The notes under the pieces are model-generated. The model ran no database searches. It was not told where the DNA came from and worked only from the letters and a program-made list of their open reading frames with translations. This document shows, one piece after another, positions 46,427 through 55,367 of a DNA stretch of 56,208 nucleotides; the stretch's first letter is position 1, and each line of letters begins with the position of its first letter. The DNA is from a virus (Duplodnaviria; Caudoviricetes). The stretch lies in IMG/VR virus record IMGVR_UViG_3300042465_002123, positions 1 to 56,208 of that record. One strand, 5' to 3'. The position numbers and the translations under genes are program-made.

Positions 46427-48542
46427 ATTTCTTGCCTTTCGGGGACTTCAGATATTCTAACGGGGACTTGGCGTCCGGGGGTAACTTATCTGGCGGCGCT
46501 GAGCGGGCGCGCTCACGGATGGCCTTTACCATCTCGCCCAAACGATCCGCGCCGGCTTTGTTGGAGCCGTTGCCCAGTGCCGACACCACATCGGCGCTGA
46601 AAACATATTCACCGTTCGCCAGCATGGCCGAGATATCGTCGCTGGTGCCGTCGCCCTTGCCCTCGACATACCGTCCGCCCAAGCCTTCCAGCCCGCCAGT
46701 GCGGAACACAGGGGTGCCGTCGTAGTTAGGGTGGTGGGAATCCGACGGCTGTCCACCTTCGGCAAGGGTCATCCCACGGGCTTGCAGCAGGGCTGCGAGG
46801 CGCGGCAGGACCTTGGGTGAGTACGGCATGCCGGCGTCCCTTACGGCCCGCATATTGTGCTGCGGAGGCTTGATATCGGCGCCGATAGCGCCAAGCTCCT
46901 TGAGCGCTTTTGCCATATCGGCCGTCGCGTACTGGCTCTCCAGCTTCTTGACGGATTCTGCGACCGCGTCCCCCTCGGCAAAATGTTGCACAAGGCCACC
47001 TTTTGCTGCATACAGCGACGGGTACTCTGTGGGCGCATACACCGGTGGGTACTCGGTAGGCAGGCCCATGCCGGCAAGCATGGCTTTGTTGACATCGACC
47101 GTTGAGGGCGCCGTGTCGGCCACGTACTTGTATTCCGGGTCCAAACCCTCATCGAGGTTGAGTGCTTGTAGTGATTTTTGCATTGGATCAGTTTCCATTT
47201 TTCCGGTCGTCTTATAGCCGCCTCTGGGCGTAGTGGCGGTAGATCCTCCGGTCAAGCCGGAACCCCCTCCTCCGCCGCTTCCCATCAGCGCGGCCAAGGC
47301 AGCAAGACTCAGCCCACCTAAGTTAGAGCCGCCCGTGCCGCCCCCGGTGGTGCTTGACACATTACCAAAATCGCCGGACTGCACGCCCCCGCCGTCTCCG
47401 CTGCTGCCGCTGCTTGGGGTAGAGCTACTGGGCGAGGTTGCGGCGCCGCCGGTGGGCACACCCATGCCAGATAGCACCGAATCGAGAAAACCGGAAAGTG
47501 AGCCTAAGTTTGACGAGGTAGGGGTTCCCGTAACGGAATTGACCGCGCCGGCGATCTCACTGCCAAGGCCCTTACCAACGCCGCTCACATTCATGCCCAA
47601 TCCGACAAGCCCCGGATTCACCCCGGTAGCGCTTGCAATAGCGCTGGTCAACGCTGAATTTGCCGTATTGGCGGCAATTTGCCCGTAGTCCCCGTTGATC
47701 ATTCCCGAAATAACACCTACCGGAACGCCTAATTGATTTGCCGCTACGGCCAGCCCAGCGCTAACGGCTGTCTGTCCTACCGTTGATTTTCCAGAAAGTA
47801 AACCGCCAGCAATATTTGTAAGTGTGTTAAGTGTGCTAAACCCCGGGACCATGAGGCCTACAACAGTCGGGGCGTACTCGTTCATGTAGCCGTGAAAAGC
47901 CTGCGCGGCAAGAGCTTGATCTACGGTTTGGTCAAAACCGGGAACATCCATTGCCCCAAGGCCCAAGTCTGCTAGCCCCTGCAATTCAGCGTAAGACATA
48001 TTTGGGCTGTGCATCCCCGATAGCATTGACCCACCCACCTGCCCAGCGGGGGTTTGCGCTGTTTGAGGCGACATACCAATCATGGCCGCGTCTATCTGAG
48101 CGGGGGTCATCGTGGACGCAAGCGGGGACGCGTTGGCGGCAACCTGAGCATTTAAGTTCGCTGCATCAGTAATTTCAGCATTTTGAGCGGCTACGGTTTG
48201 GTTGTCATTGGAAACAGCAAGACCAGCGGCTTCATTGTTAGCATTAATAGCATTTTGAGCGGCAACGGCTTGGTTGTCATTAGAAACAGCAACGCCGGGA
48301 TCAGCCGCGCTTAGCCCCGAAGTAGGTCCCGTGGTGCCGTCGCCTACAGCAGCCCCTTGAGCCGCGTCGGCAGCAGCAGCGGCAGCAGCATCAGCGGCGT
48401 TGGAAGCGGTTTCACCGGGGTCGCTAACACCGTTGGAGTCAGTAGCTGAGCCGCCGCCGTCAAAATACATGGCAGGCCAATTGATTTTGCGTTTTTTACG
48501 GGACTTGACGCGCTCAAGTCTTGAGATGATGTCGTTCTTCAT
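46419..48542 (-). CDS. Putative ejection protein with xxGG motifs and a C-terminal GDGTSDDI...GEYV domain
   Basis: Start MKNDII (ATGA overlap with the queC-like stop). Motifs YFDGGGS, AAKGGLV, FAEGDAV, LAEGGQP, FRTGGLE; C-terminal VEGKGDGTSDDISAMLANGEYVFSADVV. Confidence 0.65.
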   Translation of the reverse strand: MKNDIISRLERVKSRKKRKINWPAMYFDGGGSATDSNGVSDPGETASNAADAAAAAAADAAQGAAVGDGTTGPTSGLSAADPGVAVSNDNQAVAAQNAINANNEAAGLAVSNDNQTVAAQNAEITDAANLNAQVAANASPLASTMTPAQIDAAMIGMSPQTAQTPAGQVGGSMLSGMHSPNMSYAELQGLADLGLGAMDVPGFDQTVDQALAAQAFHGYMNEYAPTVVGLMVPGFSTLNTLTNIAGGLLSGKSTVGQTAVSAGLAVAANQLGVPVGVISGMINGDYGQIAANTANSALTSAIASATGVNPGLVGLGMNVSGVGKGLGSEIAGAVNSVTGTPTSSNLGSLSGFLDSVLSGMGVPTGGAATSPSSSTPSSGSSGDGGGVQSGDFGNVSSTTGGGTGGSNLGGLSLAALAALMGSGGGGGSGLTGGSTATTPRGGYKTTGKMETDPMQKSLQALNLDEGLDPEYKYVADTAPSTVDVNKAMLAGMGLPTEYPPVYAPTEYPSLYAAKGGLVQHFAEGDAVAESVKKLESQYATADMAKALKELGAIGADIKPPQHNMRAVRDAGMPYSPKVLPRLAALLQARGMTLAEGGQPSDSHHPNYDGTPVFRTGGLEGLGGRYVEGKGDGTSDDISAMLANGEYVFSADVVSALGNGSNKAGADRLGEMVKAIRERARSAPPDKLPPDAKSPLEYLKSPKGKKYG

Positions 48543-49186
48543 TTGAGCGGTATTCCTGCTTTTGATCGTTCTTGGCACTTAAAGCATGTGCCGCATACTT
48601 TGTTAAAACAAGTAAGAACCAAGGGTTTTACATCGTCGGGGATCAGTGCCCACTGCTCAGCTTTTTTCATGTGTGACAAAGGTGTTTTTAACCGGCTGTC
48701 TCCAGTCATAAGACCTATGAACGCCTCCATGGCCCCTCTCATTTGGGGGTTTACGGCTGTGGTGTCTTCGTCGTTCAAGCCATAGTACAAGTTTTGGATT
48801 TGTGGGTTGTAAACGGTCAGCATCCCCAAAAAGAACGAAATGTACCAGCGTTGAAACGAGTATTTGTACTCAGGCTTTTCGTGCCTTAGCGTCCCCAAGT
48901 TGGTCATAAGAAGATCAATTTCCATCAATGGAACATCAAGTTTCTTTGCAATTTTTCTGGCGTTGATTCTTTGCGTGGCAAGCCACTCTTCTATTGGCCC
49001 ATAAGGCGGCGCAGGCAACGACAGAGCAAAATTAAAGGCAACTATTTTTTCACCGCGTTCTTTGGCCCATGCCATTACGGCCGTGGACTCAACGCCCCCC
49101 GAAAACGCAACAACGCCGGTGTACTCATCCAACGGAATTTTTGCAACCTCGGGCGGAAGGGGGAAATAGTTCATTTTTGTCATCAA
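48539..49186 (-). CDS. QueC-like PP-loop ATPase (7-cyano-7-deazaguanine synthase family)
   Basis: 215 aa. VAFSGGVES PP-loop, YYG...ED, TPL..M.K, C-terminal C...CGTCFKC.ER zinc motif. Confidence 0.7.
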   Translation of the reverse strand: MMTKMNYFPLPPEVAKIPLDEYTGVVAFSGGVESTAVMAWAKERGEKIVAFNFALSLPAPPYGPIEEWLATQRINARKIAKKLDVPLMEIDLLMTNLGTLRHEKPEYKYSFQRWYISFFLGMLTVYNPQIQNLYYGLNDEDTTAVNPQMRGAMEAFIGLMTGDSRLKTPLSHMKKAEQWALIPDDVKPLVLTCFNKVCGTCFKCQERSKAGIPLK

Positions 49187-49205
49187 ATTTTGTTGAGGCT
49201 ATGTT

Positions 49206-49430
49206 TTATAGTCGCATCGTATTGTTAAGAGCAAAAGCCCAGTCCTGCCAGTTATCAAAGTCTCTGCCGTCCGGCACACCGGGGAATCGGCCAATACCGG
49301 CCAGTCCGTTGGCCCACTGCAACCAGTTCTCTTCCGGCACGGTGCCCAGCTGATTTGCCGCAAACAGCTCGGCCATCAGCGAGCACCAGTAGCCCCATTC
49401 CATGCCCCTTGGGTCGTAGATTTGCGCCAT
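49206..49430 (-). CDS. Small Trp-rich tail-region protein
   Basis: 74 aa, coupled to the upstream gene. Confidence 0.7.
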   Translation of the reverse strand: MAQIYDPRGMEWGYWCSLMAELFAANQLGTVPEENWLQWANGLAGIGRFPGVPDGRDFDNWQDWAFALNNTMRL

Positions 49431-51193
49431 TACGGATTACCCGTCCCGCGCACATCGCCGGTTGTCAGGGATAGCAAGACCTTGCCGGTTTGGTAGTCGC
49501 CATTGTAGGTGTTGGACTCAAAGCGCAAGCGCATCTCACGGCGCTGTTCACGCATGTCAACCTTGAGCGTGCCCGGGCTAAACGGGAAGGCGTCGGACTC
49601 CACGTCCACATCATCCGCGTACCCCCGACCGGTCACTGTCACGGTCATCTCGCCGTTCTGGATAAAGTCAGGCTCGACGCGCTCAATGCGCGTCCACAAG
49701 TTGTCGCCGGGTTGCTCGGCCGAGCCCACAAGCCCGCCAAGGGTGCCCAGATTGGCCGTCTCAAAATAGCTCTGGATGGCGTTCACGTTGGTCAAATAAA
49801 CCTGATCCACGCCGGACTCGTGCTGCCACAGGGTGTACTTGCCCTCGCTGTTGGCCTCGTTGCCGGCCCAGACGGGCTTGGGGAAGATTTCCGAGAACAC
49901 GCCAGCGGAGCGGCGCGCACCAGCGGCCTGACCGGCGTCGTACCATGTCTTCTCACGCACGTTGTAGATGATGGCGTCGGTGCATTCAGTGGCATCGCCC
50001 TTGGGGTAGAACCACCAGATTTCGCCGTAGCGCGGCACCTTCGTAGCCCACACCTTTTGGCGTTGATGCAAATTGATGTTGTCAAAGAAGTAGTTCTGGT
50101 TGACGGTGTTGGGTATCTCTTGCACCACGCCGTTGTAAGACAAGAAGCGGTCCACGCCACACCAGTAAAAAATGCCGTCGTACTCAATGATGCCGCTCGA
50201 TGACATCACCGATGTCTGGCTGCTCACAAGGTCGTAGGACCAGTAGTAGTTGATACCGCCAGCCGTGGATGGCGCAAAGCTCACACGGATCAGGGCATCC
50301 GCAGCCCAAAACAGACCCGAGGGCGAAGTAGAGCCGCCCCTGATGGGTAGGCCCTTCAAAATCTTGCCGGTGGCTACGTTGTTGGCGTTGGCGTCAGCGG
50401 CGACCCAGTTGTCAAAGTCGCCTGCGCTGGAGTTTTGAATCAGGCCGTTGTTGCCGTACACAAACAGGTACGGGTGGATCACCACGCACCCGCCCGAGAC
50501 GGCGATGTTGTTGTCGAAGGTCGCCGTGATGCTGGCCGTGGCTGTGGCGGCGGCGGACATCGTGACGGCCGTGCCAAGCACGGACACCACCGTGGTGCCC
50601 ACGGGAATGCCGGTGCCTGTGATGGTCTGCCCCGCGCCGACGCGCACGTTGGCCGCAGCCAGCGTGAAGGTAGTGTTGCTGGCCGTAGAGCCAGCTGCGG
50701 TGAACACGCCCACCTTGGACATGGTCAGGCTACTGGAGTTACCCGGGAACACGCCCCTGAGTACAGGCGTATCGGTGGTAGAAGTTATGTGCGTCAAATT
50801 CTGACCGGGGTGCGCTATCAAATTGTTGGTGTTGCCGCCCGTAGCGTCGTAAGCCACATCAAACTGCCAGAGGTTATTTGAACTTGCGGTGAAGTTAGAC
50901 AAAGAGTACGGATACGGGCCGGAGCCAATTCCGTCATCGTCGTCAGTGATCCATTGCTCGAGGCCGTTGTTGTAGCCTGAAACCACGTAGTTAAAGCCCC
51001 CAACGGAGGTCATCGCCATGCCGCGAGAGACGCCTGTGGCGTCCAAGAAAATTCCCTTGTAGCCGCCGATCTTGCGGGGCCGGCCGCGCTGAAAGCGCAC
51101 CCATTTCCCATCGACGTGAAGCAACGAGTCGAACTGGGTACCATCCCGCTGGATACCCGGCGGGATACGTAGGGCTATGACTTTTTGGGTCAT
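49430..51193 (-). CDS. Putative tail nozzle / DNA-stabilisation protein (P22 gp10 / T7 gp12-like beta-propeller)
   Basis: 587 aa. PGI.RDGT, W.RF.RG.P.KIGG, EIWWFYP....E....IIYN..E..W; position after the adaptor. Confidence 0.6.
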   Translation of the reverse strand: MTQKVIALRIPPGIQRDGTQFDSLLHVDGKWVRFQRGRPRKIGGYKGIFLDATGVSRGMAMTSVGGFNYVVSGYNNGLEQWITDDDDGIGSGPYPYSLSNFTASSNNLWQFDVAYDATGGNTNNLIAHPGQNLTHITSTTDTPVLRGVFPGNSSSLTMSKVGVFTAAGSTASNTTFTLAAANVRVGAGQTITGTGIPVGTTVVSVLGTAVTMSAAATATASITATFDNNIAVSGGCVVIHPYLFVYGNNGLIQNSSAGDFDNWVAADANANNVATGKILKGLPIRGGSTSPSGLFWAADALIRVSFAPSTAGGINYYWSYDLVSSQTSVMSSSGIIEYDGIFYWCGVDRFLSYNGVVQEIPNTVNQNYFFDNINLHQRQKVWATKVPRYGEIWWFYPKGDATECTDAIIYNVREKTWYDAGQAAGARRSAGVFSEIFPKPVWAGNEANSEGKYTLWQHESGVDQVYLTNVNAIQSYFETANLGTLGGLVGSAEQPGDNLWTRIERVEPDFIQNGEMTVTVTGRGYADDVDVESDAFPFSPGTLKVDMREQRREMRLRFESNTYNGDYQTGKVLLSLTTGDVRGTGNP

Positions 51194-52437
51194 TAGAAGG
51201 TACCGCCGTCAATGCCGCCAAGTGCAACAACTTTGCCTGCCATGGTCAAACCTGCGGCGGCGTAGTAGCCTACTTGGGTATTGGCAACAACAAACCCGAC
51301 CGTGCTACTGCTTGGCAGGTACAGGCCAGAATTTAAGTCGCCAGAGAACTTTAGCGAGGGCACGGCAAGAGAGCCGTTGCCCAAGGTCAGCGAGGTCACG
51401 GAGCTGGCGGAGCCCGAAGCGGCGTTGTAGACGTTTGTGCCGTCGCAGATCAGCACCAGCGAGGTGCCCTGATCTACCGTCACCGTGGCGCCGCCTACAA
51501 CCGCCGTTTTGACGGTCAGCGTGAACGAGCCCAATGTGTTGTTGGTAACGGTATACAGCTGCACCGTGGACGGCACTACGATGATCTGATTGCTTGTCAG
51601 CGTGCCGGCGTACCCTTGGATGGTGTTTGCGGCTTGCGTGGCGCTGAGGGTTAGGGTGCCGCCGGTCACGCTCAAGGCCAACTGGGTATAGGCAAACTGG
51701 TTGGACCGGCCGTAGGCATATGTGCTAAAGCCGGTGATGCCGTTAGACACAATTACCAGCGACTCGGTCAGCTGGAGCTGCTGACTGACGTTCCCGTCAA
51801 TGGTATCGGTGCCGACAGGGGAAAGCGTCAAGATGCCGGTGCCGCCGTTGCGGATGATGGCAAACCAGTTGTTGCCAACCACAGCAGCGGACGGCAGTGT
51901 AAAGGTGCCCACACCGCCAGCCCACACGGCAAACTGCGCCCGGTTTGCAGCGGAAAGGGTGGAGTTAGAAAAGTAGCTGGTTACGTTGTAGGCCTGCTCA
52001 AGGGTCAGGCCGCTGGCCTGAAGGCCGTAGCCCGCCAATGCCGAGGCGTTGGCCGAGGAGGTGCCCGCGCCGAACACCACCGAGGCCCACACGCCGTTGA
52101 CTGTCGTGTTGTCAGTCAAGAAGATGAATTGCGAAATACCAGAGGCTACCGTGACGATGGTGCCGCCCGAGTCGTTGGCGACCGTGAAGGAGTTGGTGCC
52201 GATGTTGCGCACCAGCACGGACTGACCAGTCGAGACCTGCGTGGCGGGTGGCAGCTCCAGCAGCAAGCCACCGACCGTGGCGGTGACATCCAAGATGCTG
52301 CTGACCGGCGTGCTGGTCGTCGAGTTGCCGTTGATCGGCCATGACAATTGCGTGTTAACGCTCATTGTCAAAGACTCGTAGCTGATCGAGGAGGGGCTGA
52401 TTGTCTGGCCCGTGAAAGGATTTACATAGGTGGTCAT
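51193..52437 (-). CDS. Tail structural / fibre-anchoring protein
   Basis: 414 aa, beta-rich repeats; ends IDGGTF. Confidence 0.6.
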   Translation of the reverse strand: MTTYVNPFTGQTISPSSISYESLTMSVNTQLSWPINGNSTTSTPVSSILDVTATVGGLLLELPPATQVSTGQSVLVRNIGTNSFTVANDSGGTIVTVASGISQFIFLTDNTTVNGVWASVVFGAGTSSANASALAGYGLQASGLTLEQAYNVTSYFSNSTLSAANRAQFAVWAGGVGTFTLPSAAVVGNNWFAIIRNGGTGILTLSPVGTDTIDGNVSQQLQLTESLVIVSNGITGFSTYAYGRSNQFAYTQLALSVTGGTLTLSATQAANTIQGYAGTLTSNQIIVVPSTVQLYTVTNNTLGSFTLTVKTAVVGGATVTVDQGTSLVLICDGTNVYNAASGSASSVTSLTLGNGSLAVPSLKFSGDLNSGLYLPSSSTVGFVVANTQVGYYAAAGLTMAGKVVALGGIDGGTF

Positions 52438-52439
52438 GA

Positions 52440-53078
52440 TTAGGAGTCCTGTGCGATAGCTTGACGATCACCGATGCGCAGCTGGTCCTCGGTCTTGAGA
52501 GCGGCCACGGCGGCGCTAAACAGCCCCGACCAGACGGCTAACCGGGCGTCGTCTTTTAGGAACGGCGCGGTCTGCTTGAGCGTGCCAAAAAGCATAGCGT
52601 TGGGCGCGTTCTGCGTCAGCCAGTTGGTCTGCGTGGCCGAGTCTAGCGGCTGCAAGCGGGTGTAGCAGAGTGCCTCAAAGGCATAAGCTGAATTGGGCGT
52701 AGGCGCGACGAACCAGTTGTCGTAGTCATAGTCGGCGTAGAACAGCGGCGTGTCGGTGGCCGTTACGGTAGGCCAGTAGTTGTTCAAATACTCCAGCTTG
52801 CGCAGAAGCACCGGCTGCTTGCCGGTGGGCGTCGTAACGGTCATGGAGACCGTCTTGCGCCAGCGCGCCGGTTTTTGGATCACGGGGTTGCCGATCTCCA
52901 TGTTCGCGGTCACCACCTCCATCTGGCCCAGCGTCTTGATGTCCTGCGCGATCTCAAACTCGGCCAGCGTAATGGCCGTTGGAATAAAGGCGACGACCGC
53001 AGGGTCACTGCGCTCCAAATACTGGAGCACTAGGTTTGTTAGCGAGTCGTATGTGAGGACAAAGGAAGGCGTTGTCAT
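52440..53078 (-). CDS. Head-tail adaptor-like protein
   Basis: 212 aa. TYDSL...V..YLER.D, I.LAE..I, APTP, TNWLT.NAP..MLFG.L....PFLK.D.R...W. Confidence 0.65.
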   Translation of the reverse strand: MTTPSFVLTYDSLTNLVLQYLERSDPAVVAFIPTAITLAEFEIAQDIKTLGQMEVVTANMEIGNPVIQKPARWRKTVSMTVTTPTGKQPVLLRKLEYLNNYWPTVTATDTPLFYADYDYDNWFVAPTPNSAYAFEALCYTRLQPLDSATQTNWLTQNAPNAMLFGTLKQTAPFLKDDARLAVWSGLFSAAVAALKTEDQLRIGDRQAIAQDS

Positions 53079-53117
53079 TCTGCTACCTTATGGTGATGGC
53101 GTGCATTTTCCCACGAA

Positions 53118-53546
53118 TCAGACAAATGGTCGAGTACCGGCCCTATCGATTATCAACGCCTGCCGCCGGGGGGCACTTTCGGGGGTATTTGGAATGCTGG
53201 CGTGGGTCCAAGCGTCGAACTCGCGTATGACCTGATCAAAAGGCAGGTCTGAGGCCACCAGCGCCCTCACCACGGCGTCGGGCGCCATCCCGGGTACCCT
53301 GATGTCAGCTGCGCAGCCCAAACGGTGCTGGGACGTGTCCTTGGACCCTACGCTGTCATTGACTTGCTTGGACCGGAAGGCACTGTTGACCATGATTGGC
53401 TTGCCGCCAAGCAATTCTTTGACCTGCTCCAAGAACTCGGCCAGCCGCCGCAGGTTCTCAAGCTCTTGGTCATTCGGGGTATTGTCAAACTGACGGTGGC
53501 TGGTGGCGGTCAGCTCTTCCAGCGTGAAGTGTTCGGTGAGATTCAT
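53118..53546 (-). CDS. Endolysin, peptidase M15A family
   Basis: 142 aa. HFTLEE, NSAFRS..VN..VG....SQH..G.AAD, W.H.S zinc ligands. Confidence 0.9.
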   Translation of the reverse strand: MNLTEHFTLEELTATSHRQFDNTPNDQELENLRRLAEFLEQVKELLGGKPIMVNSAFRSKQVNDSVGSKDTSQHRLGCAADIRVPGMAPDAVVRALVASDLPFDQVIREFDAWTHASIPNTPESAPRRQALIIDRAGTRPFV

Positions 53547-54007
53547 TTCATGTCCTTCAGTTTTTGGATTTCATTACCTTTGTCTTTGGAGCCTTGCGAA
53601 CTGCCACGATGGAAGTTCAACACCGTCCCGCACATGGTAATTAACGAGCCAAGCGCCATGTACACCAGTTCTTTGTTGGACTCTGGAACGCCTTTTATAA
53701 ACGCAAACCAAGCCAAAAAGATTGTGGCGGAGACGATGCCAATATCCAGAATGTAGGCCGTGTTCTTAGCCAACCACGCGGCGCTGGGGGACTCCTGAAT
53801 CTTGGAGTTCATGTCTCGTGCGCTGTCAGTGTTGGCGTTATTTAACTCAATCACCTTGGTTTCGTTTGCCATTTGAGCCAACTCGCCGTTTTGCTGCATC
53901 TGGGCTAGTTCAGCTTTAGCCTTGTCGGCGGCAACGGGGTCAGGCAAAAAACGATCAATTAATTTGCCCCCAATAGCGGCAAGAGGGTTCAGGTCACTTA
54001 GGTTCAT
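53543..54007 (-). CDS. Putative holin (3TM type)
   Basis: 154 aa. GKLIDR..PDP...KA, SAR, two C-terminal TM helices, F..GSS.GS..K; adjacent to the endolysin. Confidence 0.7.
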   Translation of the reverse strand: MNLSDLNPLAAIGGKLIDRFLPDPVAADKAKAELAQMQQNGELAQMANETKVIELNNANTDSARDMNSKIQESPSAAWLAKNTAYILDIGIVSATIFLAWFAFIKGVPESNKELVYMALGSLITMCGTVLNFHRGSSQGSKDKGNEIQKLKDMK

Positions 54008-54612
54008 TGTTTACTCCTTGCGAGCATCGAAGCCGCTATCTGCAACATTGCTCTCGTCTTTTCTAAATTATCGGGAGGTGATGCCCACCCGACCGTGATT
54101 TGCCCAATGAACCTACCCGGTTCCGGTGGGACACTGATACGGCATGTGTAGCCTACGCCCTTTTCGATATACCAAATCCCCATCTCTGACTGTGCGCTGG
54201 TGTACTCGCCGCAGGGGATCTCGTTTGCCATGAGCTTCACCACGTCACTGTTGTTACTTGAGTTCTGGGTGAACAGGCCCACGTCAAGTCCATCCATGGC
54301 CTTTTCCCGACCCTCTCTGGTGTACGCCCTGTGCAGAATGCGCGTGCCAAACATGCTATTGACTTTGAACACCGCCACAACAACAGCGCCTGTCTGCTTG
54401 AACAGATGCGCAGCAGCGTCCTCTACACGGTCCTCGGCGATGGACGGAATCTTTTTGGACTCCTTGTACGCGCCTATCAAAAGTTCTTGGTTTTGATAGA
54501 CGAAGTACCCCGCGAACGTCAGGACTGCCATAAGTACAAGAGCGAACAACCGAAACGGCGAACTGACGTACGCCAGCACCTTGTCAACTAGGTTTAAACG
54601 CTCGTCGCTCAT
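54004..54612 (-). CDS. Membrane-anchored protein with a GAF-like soluble domain (lysis region)
   Basis: 202 aa; N-terminal TM helix; C...C.ISVPP...FIG.I.VG. Confidence 0.5.
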   Translation of the reverse strand: MSDERLNLVDKVLAYVSSPFRLFALVLMAVLTFAGYFVYQNQELLIGAYKESKKIPSIAEDRVEDAAAHLFKQTGAVVVAVFKVNSMFGTRILHRAYTREGREKAMDGLDVGLFTQNSSNNSDVVKLMANEIPCGEYTSAQSEMGIWYIEKGVGYTCRISVPPEPGRFIGQITVGWASPPDNLEKTRAMLQIAASMLARSKQ

Positions 54613-55079
54613 CTCTGCTGCTCAAGAATGCCAATGGTGAAATACAAGATTACCCCGACCAAGCTAAAGAAGATGACCGCCAGCAAGGCCAACTCAACAA
54701 CCTCGTCCATCTCTTGTTTGCGCTTGGCCGCTGCTTCTTTTTCACGCCGCGCATCATGGGCAGACTCTACGTCCATCGCTGCTGCACGAGACTTGATGCG
54801 GTTCCAGACGTCTACCTTCCCCGCCTGCATAAACAAGAGCTGCAACTCATCCTCAAATCGTCTGGCTTGGTCGAGCGCCATCTCAATTTGAATGGCAGTG
54901 CCCATGGACGACTTAGATTTTTTGGCCTGAACAACAGCCTTGGTGGCCGTGGACTTTGCGTCAAAGTACTTGCCAAGGACAGGGCCAAGAGACGATACAT
55001 CATCAACGGTTTTGCTGACCTTCTTGATCAGCGCAACTGCTGCCTGTATACCTGCTAGCGCTGTTATGGGGTCAATCAC
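54609..55079 (-). CDS. Membrane-associated protein (MIDPIT family)
   Basis: 156 aa; C-terminal TM helix. Confidence 0.65.
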   Translation of the reverse strand: MIDPITALAGIQAAVALIKKVSKTVDDVSSLGPVLGKYFDAKSTATKAVVQAKKSKSSMGTAIQIEMALDQARRFEDELQLLFMQAGKVDVWNRIKSRAAAMDVESAHDARREKEAAAKRKQEMDEVVELALLAVIFFSLVGVILYFTIGILEQQR

Positions 55080-55221
55080 TTTCCGCTACTTTCTTAGGTT
55101 CAGGTTTGCCTTTTTCCCGCCACTTTAAGCACCACACAGCAATGCGGTCAGAAGACCATGACCACCTTACGCACTCATACACCACAGGGGGCGGCGGAGG
55201 CGGAGGTGGCGCTTCAAGCAT
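55072..55221 (-). CDS. 49-aa poly-Pro / Cys-Trp protein (not in the ORF track)
   Basis: MLEAPPPPPPPPVVYECVRWSWSSDRIAVWCLKWREKGKPEPKKVAESD; TAATG coupling. Confidence 0.6.
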   Translation of the reverse strand: MLEAPPPPPPPPVVYECVRWSWSSDRIAVWCLKWREKGKPEPKKVAESD

Positions 55222-55364
55222 TATTCCTCGTCAGTCGGAGGCACTTGGTTCTTGGCTTCTTTTTGCAGACCATCAATCAGTTGAAAGACTTCCTGATATG
55301 GGCGCGTACCGAGGTAGCCCATCACAGCGTTAATGAGTTGAGTTGAAAGCGTAATCTTGTCCAT
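55221..55364 (-). CDS. 47-aa tail-fibre-associated small protein (not in the ORF track)
   Basis: MDKITLSTQLINAVMGYLGTRPYQEVFQLIDGLQKEAKNQVPPTDEE; AAGGA RBS. Confidence 0.7.
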   Translation of the reverse strand: MDKITLSTQLINAVMGYLGTRPYQEVFQLIDGLQKEAKNQVPPTDEE

Positions 55365-55367
55365 TTT

